A stretch of DNA of 64,000 nucleotides from the human T2T-CHM13v2.0 reference genome, Homo sapiens, in the NCBI RefSeq assembly GCF_009914755.1, contig NC_060937.1; one strand, given 5' to 3'. A model generated the notes under the pieces. That model was not told the DNA's origin, made no database searches, and saw only the letters and a program-made list of their open reading frames with translations. This document shows positions 15,369 to 27,049 of the stretch, one piece after another. A program made the translations under genes and the position numbers. Within the stretch, counting starts at the first letter, position 1. Each line of letters opens with the position of its first letter.

Positions 15369-15936
15369 AAAACCAGTAAGAGGAAGCAGAGACAAAGAGT
15401 TTGTCATGGAGAAGCCCAAACTGATGGGCCTATTTGAGCTGGCGGCTGCTTCATGAAGCACTGCTTTGATTTGTTAAATAAGTGTATCAAGGACTTAGCT
15501 TAAATATATTTACTTTCCTACTTTTTTTTCCTGTAGCTATTATAAAAGGTGATTCACTTTACAAAACAATGACTCTAAATGTAGGCAAAAAAGGATAGCA
15601 TGCAAGTGAAACCATACAAATGAAATTCATGTGTTCTCAACACAACTAATAAAATGGCTCTGTCACCAGTAAATGAGGGCAAATAAATGTAAATCTTTGT
15701 TAAAAAAAAAAAAGTGTTGATTAGGCCTTCTGATATGTTCCACTACTGAGGACTAAGAGGGGGTTACAGGTGCACCCTTCATTTTAAAGATAGACAAATA
15801 ACTTGGCCTTTCCCTTGAGGCTTGTGGTAATATCAAGATTTTCTATCATTCCTTCCATAAAGAGGTGGTTTCTATGTCTCTTTTTCTTGAAGTTTAATTG
15901 AAGGTTTAAACATCAGGTGTTTAAACCTGATGAAGG

Positions 15937-16295
15937 TGATATGGTTCAGCTTTGTGTCCCCACCTGAATCTCGTCTTGAATTGTACTCCCATAATTTCCA
16001 CATGTTGTGAGAAGGACACAGTGGGAGATAATTTGAATCAGAGGGGCAGTTTCCCCCATACCGTTCTCATGGTAGTGAATAAGTCTCACGAGATCTGATG
16101 GTCTTATCAGGGGTTTCCGCTTTTGCATATTCCTCATTTTTCTCTTGCCACCACCATGCAAGAAGTGCTTTTTGCCTCCCGCCATGATTCTGAAGCCTCC
16201 CAGCCATGTGGAACTGTAAGTCTAAATAAGTCTTTTTTTTTCTTCCCAGTCTCGAATCTGTCTTTATCAGCAGCATGAAAATGGACTAATAAACA
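15937..16295 (+). mobile_element. THE1 (THE1A-like) MaLR solo LTR
   Basis: 'tgatatggtt...ggactaataaaca'; TSD gaagg/caagg. Confidence 0.92.
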
Positions 16296-16450
16296 CAAGG
16301 TTACGTTGAAATAAGAGAAATTTATCTAAGATGTCTAGAATATCACATAATCTTATCATTAAGGTATTTAGTATTTGTTACAGAAGTCAGATCCCATATT
16401 CTTGAATTGAGGATAAGTTTTAAAAGACACAAAACATAAACATGAGCAAA

Positions 16451-16654
16451 ATATTTACACTTACAAAATTAACACAAAATTTACATTCATTACATATTTA
16501 CACTTATAAAATTTACACTCATTAGATATTTACACCTACAAAATTTATGATCATGACATATTTACACTTACAGAATTTATGCTCATATTACCTATTTACA
16601 CTTACAAAATTTATGCTCATATTACCTATTTACACTTTCAAAATTTATGCTCAC
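16451..16654. repeat. AT-rich minisatellite, ~32-34-bp unit, 6 copies
   Basis: Unit ~'tatttacacttacaaaatttatgctcatattacc' repeated head to tail. Confidence 0.92.
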
Positions 16655-16759
16655 TGTTATATTTAATAAACCAGTTGCATATGTAAATATTAATGTATGA
16701 TACAAGAGATAACATAGGGCACTATATTCATTATTTTTCAAGTAAATGTAGTAAAAAAC

Positions 16760-17724
16760 TGAAGGGGTGGGTTGCCCCTCCACACCTGTGGGTGTTTCTC
16801 ATTAGGTGGAACGAGAGACTTGGAAAAGAAAGAGACACAGACAAAGTGAAGAGAAAGAAAAAAGGGGGCCCAGGGGACTGGCGTTCAACTTACGGAGGAT
16901 CCTGCCAGCCTCTGAGTTCCCTTAGTATTTATTGATCATTCTTGGGTGTTTCTTGGAGAGCGGAATGTGGCAGGGTCATAGGATAATAGTGGAGAGAAAG
17001 TCAGCAGGTAAACACGTGAACAAAGGTCTCTGCATCATAAACAAGGTAAAGAATTAAGTGCTGTGCTTTAGATGTGTATACACATAAACATCTCAATGCC
17101 TTAAAGAGCAGTATTGCTGCCCGCATGTCCCACCTCCAGCCCTAAGGCGGTTTTCTCCTATCTCAGTAGAGGGAATATGCAATTGGGTTTTACACTGAGA
17201 CATTCCATTGCCCAGGGACGGGCAGGAGACAGATGCCTTCCTCTTGTCTCAACTGCAAAGAGGCGTTCCTTCCTCTTTTACTAATCCTCCTCAGCACAGA
17301 CCCTTTACAGGTGTCGGGCTGGGGGACGGTCAGGTCTTTCCCTTCCCACGAGGCCATATTTCAGACTATCACATGGGAAGAAACCTTGGACAACACCTGG
17401 CTTTCCTAGGCAGAGGTCCCTGCGGCCTTCTGCAGTGTTTTGTGTCCCTGGGTACTTGAGATTAGGGAGTGGTGATGACTCTTAAGGAGCACGCTGCCTT
17501 CAAGCATCTGTTTAACAAAGCACACCTTGCGCCGCCATTAATCCATTTAACCCTGAGTTGACACAGCACATGTTTCAGGGAGCACAGGGTTGGGGGTAAG
17601 GTTACAGATTAACAGCATCTCAAGGCAGAAGAATTTTTCTTAGTACAGAACAAAATGGAGTCTCCTATGTCTACTTCTTTCTACACAGACACAGTAACAA
17701 TCTGATCTCTTTCTTTTCCCCACA
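16760..17724 (-). mobile_element. HERV-K(HML-2) solo LTR, LTR5B/LTR5A-like
   Basis: Reverse strand begins tgtggggaaaagaaagagatcagattgttactgtgtctgtgtagaaag, ends ccccttca; 965 bp; perfect 6-bp TSD aaaaac. Confidence 0.96.
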
Positions 17725-17777
17725 AAAAACAAGACATATCTATGAAACCAGTATGACTTGCATTACTAGTTGAAGTT

Positions 17778-18169
17778 TGTCTTTGTTAGGGTTTGCTCAA
17801 GACAATAATTAAAATGCAAGTAATTTATTTAGTAGTCAATATCAGTAAATACCTGTATACAAATTGGGAAGTGAAACAAACAAGTAGGAAGCAAATTAAA
17901 TAAGAAACCATTGTAGACAACTAGAACTTCATTCAACTAAAAAAATCTGAGGAGCCAGGACCTGGAGTATTATTCCACTATGTTTTATCAGTAATTGGTT
18001 GAAAGGCCCTGGGGAGAAAGTGGTGCTGATTCCCCAGAATTTCTAGTTTCAATAGATTTTGGCAGCTAGATAAATTCTCAGGCAGAGGGACACAGGACAG
18101 AAAACTTAAGGCACCTTGCTTTAAAGTAGTAGCTGAGGTAATCTGGATGGGGGACCAACGCCTACCACA
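17778..18169 (-). mobile_element. Old ERV-L class LTR (LTR16/LTR33-like), 3' LTR of the adjacent internal sequence
   Basis: 'tgcaagtaatttatttag...gggaagtgaaaca...ggaagc', terminus 'cctaccaca' abutting internal sequence. Confidence 0.55.
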
Positions 18170-20295
18170 GTAGACAACTTGTACCACTCACATCTACCAA
18201 GTTAATTTTACACTGTCATCTCACACTTCTTCAAGATTGTTGCGGACAACTTTCTTAAAAAAAAAAATCCTCCAAAAAGTTAATCTTAGGAGCTTTACTG
18301 GGATGTCCACAACACTCAATGTTTCCATGGGATATGGAATAATGGTCTCAAAGAAGCAATATCCGTAATGCCTTATTAGATTCACCTCATCCACTCATCC
18401 ACAACCTGAAGTTTTGCTGGTCTAGATTACTCACATGATGAAAGTTGAGCCCCGGTGACCCTTTTTATGTCAGGCTATGGCTGATGCAATTGCCCATTCA
18501 CAGTTGTCACTAGTCACAGAAACATCAATTTCATAAGTTCCAGACACTGTTTTTCTCTGCTGTTTATGTAGTACATGGTCAATTCCCCCTGCCAGTCTAG
18601 TGACTTTCTTGCTGTCTGGTTTCCTCGTGCAAGGAGTTCAAAGTGACTGAGGAGCCACCACAGCTTTACCTTACTGTGGCCCTGGGAAAAGTACCTTTCA
18701 GGGACCAGGGCCTTTAATCAAGCAGTGCTTACATTTACAGGGAGAAGATGCAGAGTTTCCACTTGTGGTTCACTGAGATATGTAAAAAAGGGTTCTTCTC
18801 CTTCCAACTTTTGGATCCCAGACTCATATATTCCACACAATGCAATAAATTATCATATACTGGCTGTTGGACCCTAGTATATTCTTCATCTTGAAGAAGA
18901 TTGCCCCAATTACAAAAATGTCATAACCAGGTCACTAGCTGTGCCTTTAAGAGTTCATTCCAGCACTTCACCAGGCTAGCAGTTTTCCTGGTGATGTATT
19001 ATATGGTACTAAGACCTATTAAGCACATTATAAGATGAATTTGGAGTAGTACCTCAGTTACCACCAGAAATTTAAAGCCTCCATTCTAACAAATGACCTA
19101 TAGTATTAATAACAGTTCAAACTCTTTTCAACAATCCTAAAAAGATTTGGGTATTCCTCTTTCTCCAAATACAGTTACTCTGGTGAATGGTCATAGGTCT
19201 CCTGGAGATAGACTGAAATAATTACTGCTATTTATATATGTTGTAGTTGCACTAAAACCGCTGGCATTCCTTTAATCAAAGGACTTTGAGTTTGAAGGAT
19301 AGCTCTGTCCTGGAAATTAAGCCAAGGATTGTGATTTTTCCACTATGGCAGTTGACATTAGTTTTTTGCTCCTCCAATCTTTACCTTTCTTCATTATAGG
19401 ATTTAAGAAATGCACTCAATAGCTGTCCATTTTATCTTTTCCTTAAGAACACCATAGTCAATTAGCCAACCACAGATCCCTGGAGGTCCAGGAGTGTCAT
19501 TTCACCCTTGTGTCTATTATCATAATTATGCCCACCTTGTCTCTGATAGTTAAGTGCTGAAACATAACCTCTATTATTTTGGAATCCTCTCTTCCTCAAG
19601 GACATTACACAATCCAGTTACATAAAAGCCTTTCTATCATCATTCCCAGCTTGCCGGGGATAGCCACCACTGGTTTCTCAATAAAGCTGAGAGCGCCTCA
19701 ATAGTACATTCCTTATTGCTTTAGGGAAGTGATTGTCCTTAGAGGCCTCCTAGAGATCAGAGTCAGCTGCTAGTTTCTTTAATCTTATTTAATAAATCTA
19801 GTCTAGCTTGCTGCCCTCTCAGCCTTTTGGTCTCAAAGCAATTCTGGCATTTCCACTTCATTTCTACTTATTACCTTGATTGTGTCTTTTTGTTTTGTTT
19901 TGTTTTAATTTTTTATGCTTGGAGAATTCATCCCACCAGCATATTAAAGCTAGCTCCAGGTGTTCTGACAAGATATTAATTATGAAATAAAAAGATAAAA
20001 ACTCAATTGCTAATCAACTCTACTTTATTCAGCCTTATATTCAGCCCACTTTGACCCAGAACCATCACAATTCATTCCAATTATGATCTGTTGGTTCTGG
20101 TTTGTTTCTAATAGCTGGATTCTCTGTTCTTTTGGTGAATAGTTATTTTCCTCGTGAAACAGAGACAGGGCTTTCCTCATTAAGCCATAATGAGGCTTGA
20201 GCCTATATACTAGTCTGGAAACAATGAGGGAAAGTGGGAGGTTTCATCTTGACAGGCACCTATCTCCTATAAGACCTTGCGTAGTCATTAGGCAA
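18170..20295 (-). mobile_element. Degraded ERV-L internal region (HERV16/ERV3-16A3-like) with gag remnants
   Basis: Minus-strand translations ALNYQRQGGHNY (~19558-19523) and WLIDYGVLKEKINGQ (~19469-19425) resemble ERV-L Gag; many stops and frameshifts. Confidence 0.7.
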
Positions 20296-21328
20296 GTAGT
20301 TTCCCCGTAAGTGGAGCCTAAAACAAGAATATCTGTGCAAGTTGTTTCTTTGAAAAGTGATCTTTAGAAACACTGGATATGAGGAAAACAACTGAGAATT
20401 TGTACTGGATTGAACAATATTTCCCCAGAGTTCATGTCCACTAGGAATATGACCTTTGCAAAGGTCATATTTGCAAAGTCCCTATTTGCAAATAGGGACT
20501 TTGTAGATATAAGCAAGATAAGGTCATACAGGGTTAGGGTGGGTTCTAAATCCAATAACTTGTGTTTTTATAAAAGAAAGGAAAGGGATATTTAGATACA
20601 GAGACACAGAGAGGGACACAGGGGAGAAGACCATCACACGACAGAAGCAGAGATTCAAGTGACGCTGTTATAAGGCAAGGAATGTCAAGAATTATTGACA
20701 ACCATTATAATCAAGGAAAAAGCACAGAAGGATTTTTTCCTAGAGCCTCCATAGGGAGGATGGCCTTGCTGACACCTTGATTTTAAACTTCTGACTTCCA
20801 AAACCATGAGAGAATATATTAATACATTTTTGTTAAGTCCTCCAGTTTGTTTTAATGTTATTTGAACATCTGTGATGTACAAAGTTTTCACTGGCTTCCT
20901 CCCTCTGGTCATCCAGAGGTCACTTTTGTTTAGCAGCTTTAGGAAAGTAATACAGGTAGGGAAAGAAAGGAAGCCAACAAATGTGGTGTGTTTTCAAGCT
21001 GTGATCCTCAGGATCACTGGTATTTAATTCCATCTGGGAATTCTGTGTACCGGCAGAGTATGTAGTCCTTAGTTATTCTTTTTGCCAGGTGCAGAAGTTG
21101 GGTTAGTTATCTACCAAGCCACATTGGCTGAACACTGTTTCCAGGAGGTTATTTTATTCCCCAACACTTCTGACTTGGTATGCACTTGAGCACAGCATAT
21201 TCTGATGGTCAGAGAGAGCTCTCTCAGTCCAGAAAACAGAAAGTCTAGGAGTCGGAACTAGAGCCTATGATCATGGAAATGGTAAGAGCCAGTGAAATGT
21301 AGATGGGGTGCTGACAGTGTCTGCTAGA
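20296..21328 (-). mobile_element. Second old ERV-L class LTR (LTR16/LTR33-like), split by MLT1
   Basis: 'tgtgcaagttgtttctttgaaaagtgatc' left half; 'gggaaagaaaggaagccaacaaa...ggggtgctgacagtgtctgctaga' right half. Confidence 0.55.
20401..20954 (+). mobile_element. MLT1 (B/C-like) MaLR LTR
   Basis: tgtactggattgaa...ggaaagtaataca termini; 'gctgacaccttgattttaaacttctgacttcc'. Confidence 0.85.
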
Positions 21329-22748
21329 GATATTCAAATAAATTCACATTGTTTATTAACACTCAGGTTACAAGGACCATCCACATACAGATCTTCTCCC
21401 GCCTAACTTTCCGGAACTCTTGGGCTTAGTTGGTCTTCACAGGGTAACCATTTGCCAGACTAGATTTTGGCTGCAGTTGCTTTAGTTATGATTACTCTAG
21501 AAAAGTAGGCCTCCACAATTCAACAGAAAGTTGCTCACTGCTGTGTTGGTGACTTTGATATTCGGGTTTTCTCAAAGAAAGACTCAGTAGTCTTTCAGTA
21601 GAAAACAATAGCATGCTGCCTGGCTTATCTTCAGACAGTCCCCTCTAAGCAGATGGTGGCTTATTTCACACTTCTGTGAATAACCATATTGCCAAAACGT
21701 TCCCCAGTGCCAGGGTGTTTGTCTTGCCAGAGTCTTCCAGATTAGCCACATGTCATGCCAGAGCCAGCCCTCTCTAATTTCCCTTTGGCCCTGGTGCTGA
21801 GCCTGGATTACCTTCCCAGACTCTCTGTTCTCTCATTGTCTTTTCCATTATGCAGACTCAATGTCTCTCAATTGGGATAAACTTTGTTCATCACAGATGT
21901 TCTAATAACATTAAAACTTAAAGGGAAAGGATACGTATTCCGTTACTATCAGGGGATCCTTTGGCTTTGCACAAATTTGTCTAGCCCTCCACAGTGACCT
22001 TCTAGAGTTTCTTACCAAGGGACTATTAGGAGGAATTATATTAATGACATAAATTTGGTTTTTATATAAACTTCAAACACACTAACGATTGTTAAAAACC
22101 AACTTGTTAATGAATGCTGTTAGTCACAAGAGGAAAAGTATATCAGGATATGAGTGGATTGTTTTCATATTCATGAAAGCTATTAGAAAAATAAGGTGTC
22201 TTTTCCATTAATAAAATGTCACTCTTCCATTAGGTGGAAGATGTGGAAAAATTATCCAGATATTAGATTAAAATGATTTATTTATTAAAAATATTTACTG
22301 TTGACCTACTTTGTGCCAACATTGTTTTAGGTGGTGGTTGGATAAAGACTAAGAAACAATCCCTGTCCTTATGGAGTTCACAGTATGAAAGGGATGAAAG
22401 AAATACAATTAGTCTGCCAAATAACAAAAATGCATGACATGTGCCATTAGGAAAGGAAGAAATTACAGTGATTCAGATTAGAGAGTGACTGAAGCCAACT
22501 AACTCTGGATAATGTGTTCAAGGAAGACCTCTCAGAACTTTATTTTGAACCTGAGGGAATAGAAAGATGAAAGCAGTAGGAAAACAGTTCCAATCTGAAG
22601 GTAAATGCTGTGCAAAGACTCTTATATTGCAGGAAACTTGGAATAGTATTGAATCAGAAAGCAGCCAGTGTGTCTGGAGCATTGTGCTTAGAGATTACGT
22701 TGGGGTGCTCTCCAGCGTCCAGAAGATATAGGGCTATATAGGTGATAA

Positions 22749-23378
22749 TGTTACCGGAAAGGGGTCCTGATCCAGACCTAACCCCAGCAGAGGGTTTTTG
22801 GACTTCGCACAGGAAAGAATTTGGTGCTAGTCCATAGAGTAAAATGAATGCAAGTTTACTAAGAAAGTATAAGACTGGTTATTCCATAGGTAGAGCACCC
22901 TCAAGGGCTGCTTATTGGCTATTTTTATGGATATTTCCTGATTATATGCTAAACGATGGGTTGATTATTTATGAGTTTTCCAGGAAAGGGGTGGGCAATT
23001 CCCAGAACTGAGGGTTTCTCCTCTTTTTAGACCACATAGGGTAACTTCCTGACATTGCTATAGAAATTGTAAACTGTCATGGCCCTGGTGGGAGTGTCTT
23101 TTAGCATGACAATCATTATAACTAGCATATAATGAGCAGTGAGGATGACTAGAGGTCACTTTCATGGCCATCTTGGGTTTGGTGGGATTTGGTCGGTTTC
23201 TTTACTGCATGATAGTTTATCAGCAAGGTCTTTGTGACGTGTATCTTGTGCCAACCTCCTATCTCATCATGTGACTAAGAATGCCTAATGTCCTGAGAAT
23301 GCACCTCAGTAGACCTCAGCCTTATTTTACCCAGCCTCTATACAAGATGGAGTTGCTCTGGTTTGAACACTTCTGACA
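22749..23378 (-). mobile_element. MER41B (ERV1) solo LTR
   Basis: Reverse strand begins tgtcagaagtgttcaaaccagagcaactccatcttg; 630 bp; TSD ataa/atag. Confidence 0.92.
22978..23007. promoter_or_regulatory. Tandem GAS (STAT) motifs in MER41B
   Basis: TTCCAGGAA (22978-22986) and TTCCCAGAA (22999-23007) both match TTCnnnGAA; activity not shown. Confidence 0.6.
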
Positions 23379-23571
23379 ATAGTAAAAAATGTCAGTTATT
23401 TTCCAAGTACAATACATATTAAGCAAGTGGATAACATGATACAATTTATGTTTTAGAAAGATCCATCTGCTTTTTGCATAATGTGTTGAAGAAGGATAGG
23501 AGAAAGTAGAGGGCAGAACTAGAATCCTATGGCAGTTGCCCAAGTGAGAACCAATCATTTTTAACTGACAG

Positions 23572-24171
23572 TGTTAAAGAAAAATAAATCTCAGGACCGG
23601 AAAATCACTAAGCCAAGAGAAAAGTCAAGCTGGCAACTATGTCAGGCAAACCGGCCTCCCATTTTATTCCTAAACAAGATAGCTATCAAGATAAAAAGCT
23701 ACATACCTTCCCCACAATTTGCCCACAAGGAAATTCCCTGTGGACAGAGGACAGACAGAACTCAAAGTCATCCCATTGAGGCTCACCTGAGACAAATGCA
23801 TAGCTGATTGCTTCCTCTGTCCTATGGTTTATGTAAAATGTAAACTCCCTGAGCCACACTAAATTGTGTATTCAGCGAAAGGCTGATCAAGGACTCAAAA
23901 GAATGCAACCTTTTGTCTCTTACCTACCTATGACCTGGAAGCCCCTGCCTTAAGTTGTCCCACCTTACCAGATCAAACCAATTTACATCTTACACATAAT
24001 GATTGATATCTCATGTCTCCCTAAAATATATAAAAGCAAACTATACCCCTGACCACCTTGGGTACATGTTACCAGGACCTCCTGAGGCTATGTCAGGGGC
24101 ATGTCCTTAACCTAGGCAAACTAAACTTTCGAAATTGATTGAGACCCGTCTCAGATAACTTTTGGTTTACA
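23572..24171 (+). mobile_element. MER4 (A1/B-like) ERV1 solo LTR
   Basis: 'aaaataaatctcaggacc...aaaatcactaagccaagagaaaagtcaagctgg' to 'tttggtttaca'; 600 bp; TSD acag/aaag. Confidence 0.88.
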
Positions 24172-25359
24172 AAAGATGTTAGGGTTTATGACTGCTTTTC
24201 TTCTAACTTCAATCTGATTTTTGATTAATTAGATACAGCTTGATGCATTAGGGCTGTGCAAGGACGTCGCAATGATGTTGAACCACATGTTCACATTGAT
24301 TAAAAAGCATGAGTGAGCTTCTCCAATTTTTAATTCCATACCAGAAGTTACTCCAACATCATAGGTAATCTGGTGTAATGATTTTAAAACTGCATTTAGA
24401 ACTACTGAATCGGAGCTAAATGGATATGTACTTTAATCTTTATCTAAAAACTTGGCACAAATACCACTTATAAGATATAGGAAGTTTATTTAATACATGA
24501 CAATGTATTTAGTCAAATATATTCAGTAGGTTCAGATGGATATAAATAAATATAAAGTAAATGTTAAAAGTTGTCATTAAAAGAAAAATTTTTATTAAAA
24601 CAAAATTTTAAAATCTAAATAATTTTTATTTTATTAAAATGGCCCTGTTGGGACATTTTATTTTATTTTAATAAAATAAAAATTTTATTAAAACAAATAC
24701 ATAAATGAAGATTGTACCTAAATTTCCTGGCTTGTATTTTTTGTTTGCTTGTTTTGCCATGACTCACAGTAATTTTATATTTTCGATATTATCTTCTCAT
24801 TTTTATTGTTAAAATTAAAAATTCACTTGGTGAATTTCTCTATTGTTGCTTTATTTTAATTCTATAGTAAACAGTTCAATTTACAATGAATTCCTTAGCT
24901 ATTGATGTGCAAATTATACCACTGGATATATTCATTCTAAGGAAAATTAACATAAGAGTATGAAATTTTTGCATAATGAATCACATAATCATTTAACAAA
25001 ACTCTTTAACAACAACTGACTTTCCTTTTTCACAATGATACAATAGTTTTAGCTGTTTGTCAAATTGAAAGATTAGAAAGAAAAAAGATTGAATTACTGG
25101 GAAAGCCCTAGCCAATAACATGGTAACAAAATGATATATATGGTGTTACAAATAAATCAGTCTGGCAGTTTTAAATTCTAAAACTATTTTTGAAAACACC
25201 AAATGCTCCATGAGTCTTTCTTTCATGGACAGGCTGGTGAATATTATAGATCCTTAAATTCCTTCAAGTAGACCCTGCTTAAAAGCAGATGACATTTTCT
25301 TAAGCCCTCTGTTTGGAGCGGGTCTTCTTTCTTAGCAAAACAATCACTGAAGCTGACCT

Positions 25360-25729
25360 TAATAGTCAGCTATGACTATTTCCATACAGCTATGAAGAAA
25401 TACCAGAGACTGGGTAATTTATAAAGAAAAATAGGTTTAAGGGACTCACAGTTCCACCTGGCTGGGGAGGCCTCACAAACACAGCAGAAGGTGAAGGAGG
25501 AGCAAAGGCACATCTTACATGGTGGCAGGCAAACAGAGCATGTTCAGGGGAACTGCCCTTTCTAAAACCATCTGATCTTGTGAGACTTATTCACTATCAT
25601 GAGAACAGCATGAGAAAAACCCACCCCTATGATTCAATTACCTCCCACTGGGTCCCTCCCATGACACATGGGGATTATGGGAGCTACAATTCAAGATGAG
25701 ATTTGGCTGTGGACACAGTTTCCATAACA
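25360..25729 (-). mobile_element. THE1C-like MaLR solo LTR with rearranged left terminus
   Basis: 'gagactgggtaatttataaagaaaaataggtttaa...gaaggtgaaggaggagcaaaggcacatcttacatgg...ccataaca'. Confidence 0.9.
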
Positions 25730-26214
25730 AGTACCTAGAATCTAAAGTCGTGTATTCCAAATGCTCAAGGCCCCTTCCCTGTTTATGGGCTTAGATTGTT
25801 AGATAGCATGATATAAAATGGTGATTTTTTTAATCTAAAATTATTTAGATATGTTAAAAAACATTATGTTCCAGGTTGAAAGACAGAAACCTGATATGAG
25901 GGCAACTATCCATTTTAGATGGCATCTAAGACATATTCTTGTACCTATCACTGGACCAGAACCTATATATATGTCAAGAGGAAAGGGTAGTATCTCTTGT
26001 GAACCTGAATAATGGATTCTTCCTTGTTATTTGTACTTTTTTGTCACATCAGCACACTTGCAACCCTGTGCTATAGAACTTGAATGAACTTACATATAAT
26101 CCATGTGGGTAACAAGGAATGAAGAAGCTTTACTTACCTTGTTCTCCTTTTGTTGGTTTGAAGCTATATTCTGTCTGAAATGATCCAGAGGAGGCAGTGG
26201 AGAATATATTCTGC

Positions 26215-27020
26215 AATATAAGAAATAAGAAAGGGGAGATCTCTAAAAATCCTACACACAGTAAAAGAATAATAAAAGAATGCTGTGAACAGCTGTGGAC
26301 AAATTACTGTAAATACATTTGACATCATCTATGAAATGGACAATTTCTTTGAAAAACTACTAAATCTCACTCAAAAAGAAATATTTAATATATTGTATAA
26401 ATAGCCCTATATTTATCAAATAAATTGAATTTATAGTTAAATATTTTCTAATAAAAAACTTGAGGCCTAGATGGCTTCAATGGTGAGCTTCCCCAAGCAT
26501 TTGAGGGAGAAATAATACCAATTTATGTAAATGCTTCCAGATGATTGAAGATGAGTGAATACTTTTTAACTTACTCCTATAAGGCTATCAATATCATAGG
26601 ATAAAATTAGACAAAATATAACACAAGAAAATATGACCATGGATTCAAGAATTCTCAGCATAATTTTAGCAAAACAATTTCAACATTTAATCATGATTTA
26701 GTGGAGTTTATCTCAGAAATCCAAACATGGTTTAAAATTTTTAAAAAGATAAACAATGCAAATCACCATATTAAAAGACTAAAAATGAAAAATGATTTGA
26801 TCATCTTAATATATGCAGAAAAAGTTTTTACAAAACCCAACATTTATTCATGGCAAAACTCTCAGCAAAATAGGAAAAAAAATAAATATACACAACCTGA
26901 TAATGGGCATTCAGAACAAACATGTAGCTAAAATTAGACTTCATGGTGAAAGGCTGAGTAAATTTCTCCTAAGATTGTAAACAATATGAGAATGTCTAGT
27001 TTTACTGTTTCATTGTCTGA
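26215..27020 (+). mobile_element. Old L1M ORF2 (RT region) fragment
   Basis: 'gaaatggacaatttctttgaaaa', 'ggcctagatggcttcaatggtga', translation fragment 'LIYAEKVFTK'. Confidence 0.8.
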
Positions 27021-27049
27021 ATTTTATTAGATAGCATGCATGATTCTTG

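Larger units (their letters stand above)
22275..23570 (-). mobile_element. L2 relic interrupted by MER41
   Basis: 'atatttactgttgacctactttgtgcca...ccctgtccttatggagttcacag', resumes 'aagcaagtggataacatgatacaatttatgttttagaaagat' after 23378. Confidence 0.7.

Noticed and set aside
16451-16654. CRISPR-like array
   Set aside because: Units are contiguous with no unique spacers, no cas genes, and the context is primate DNA; it is a minisatellite
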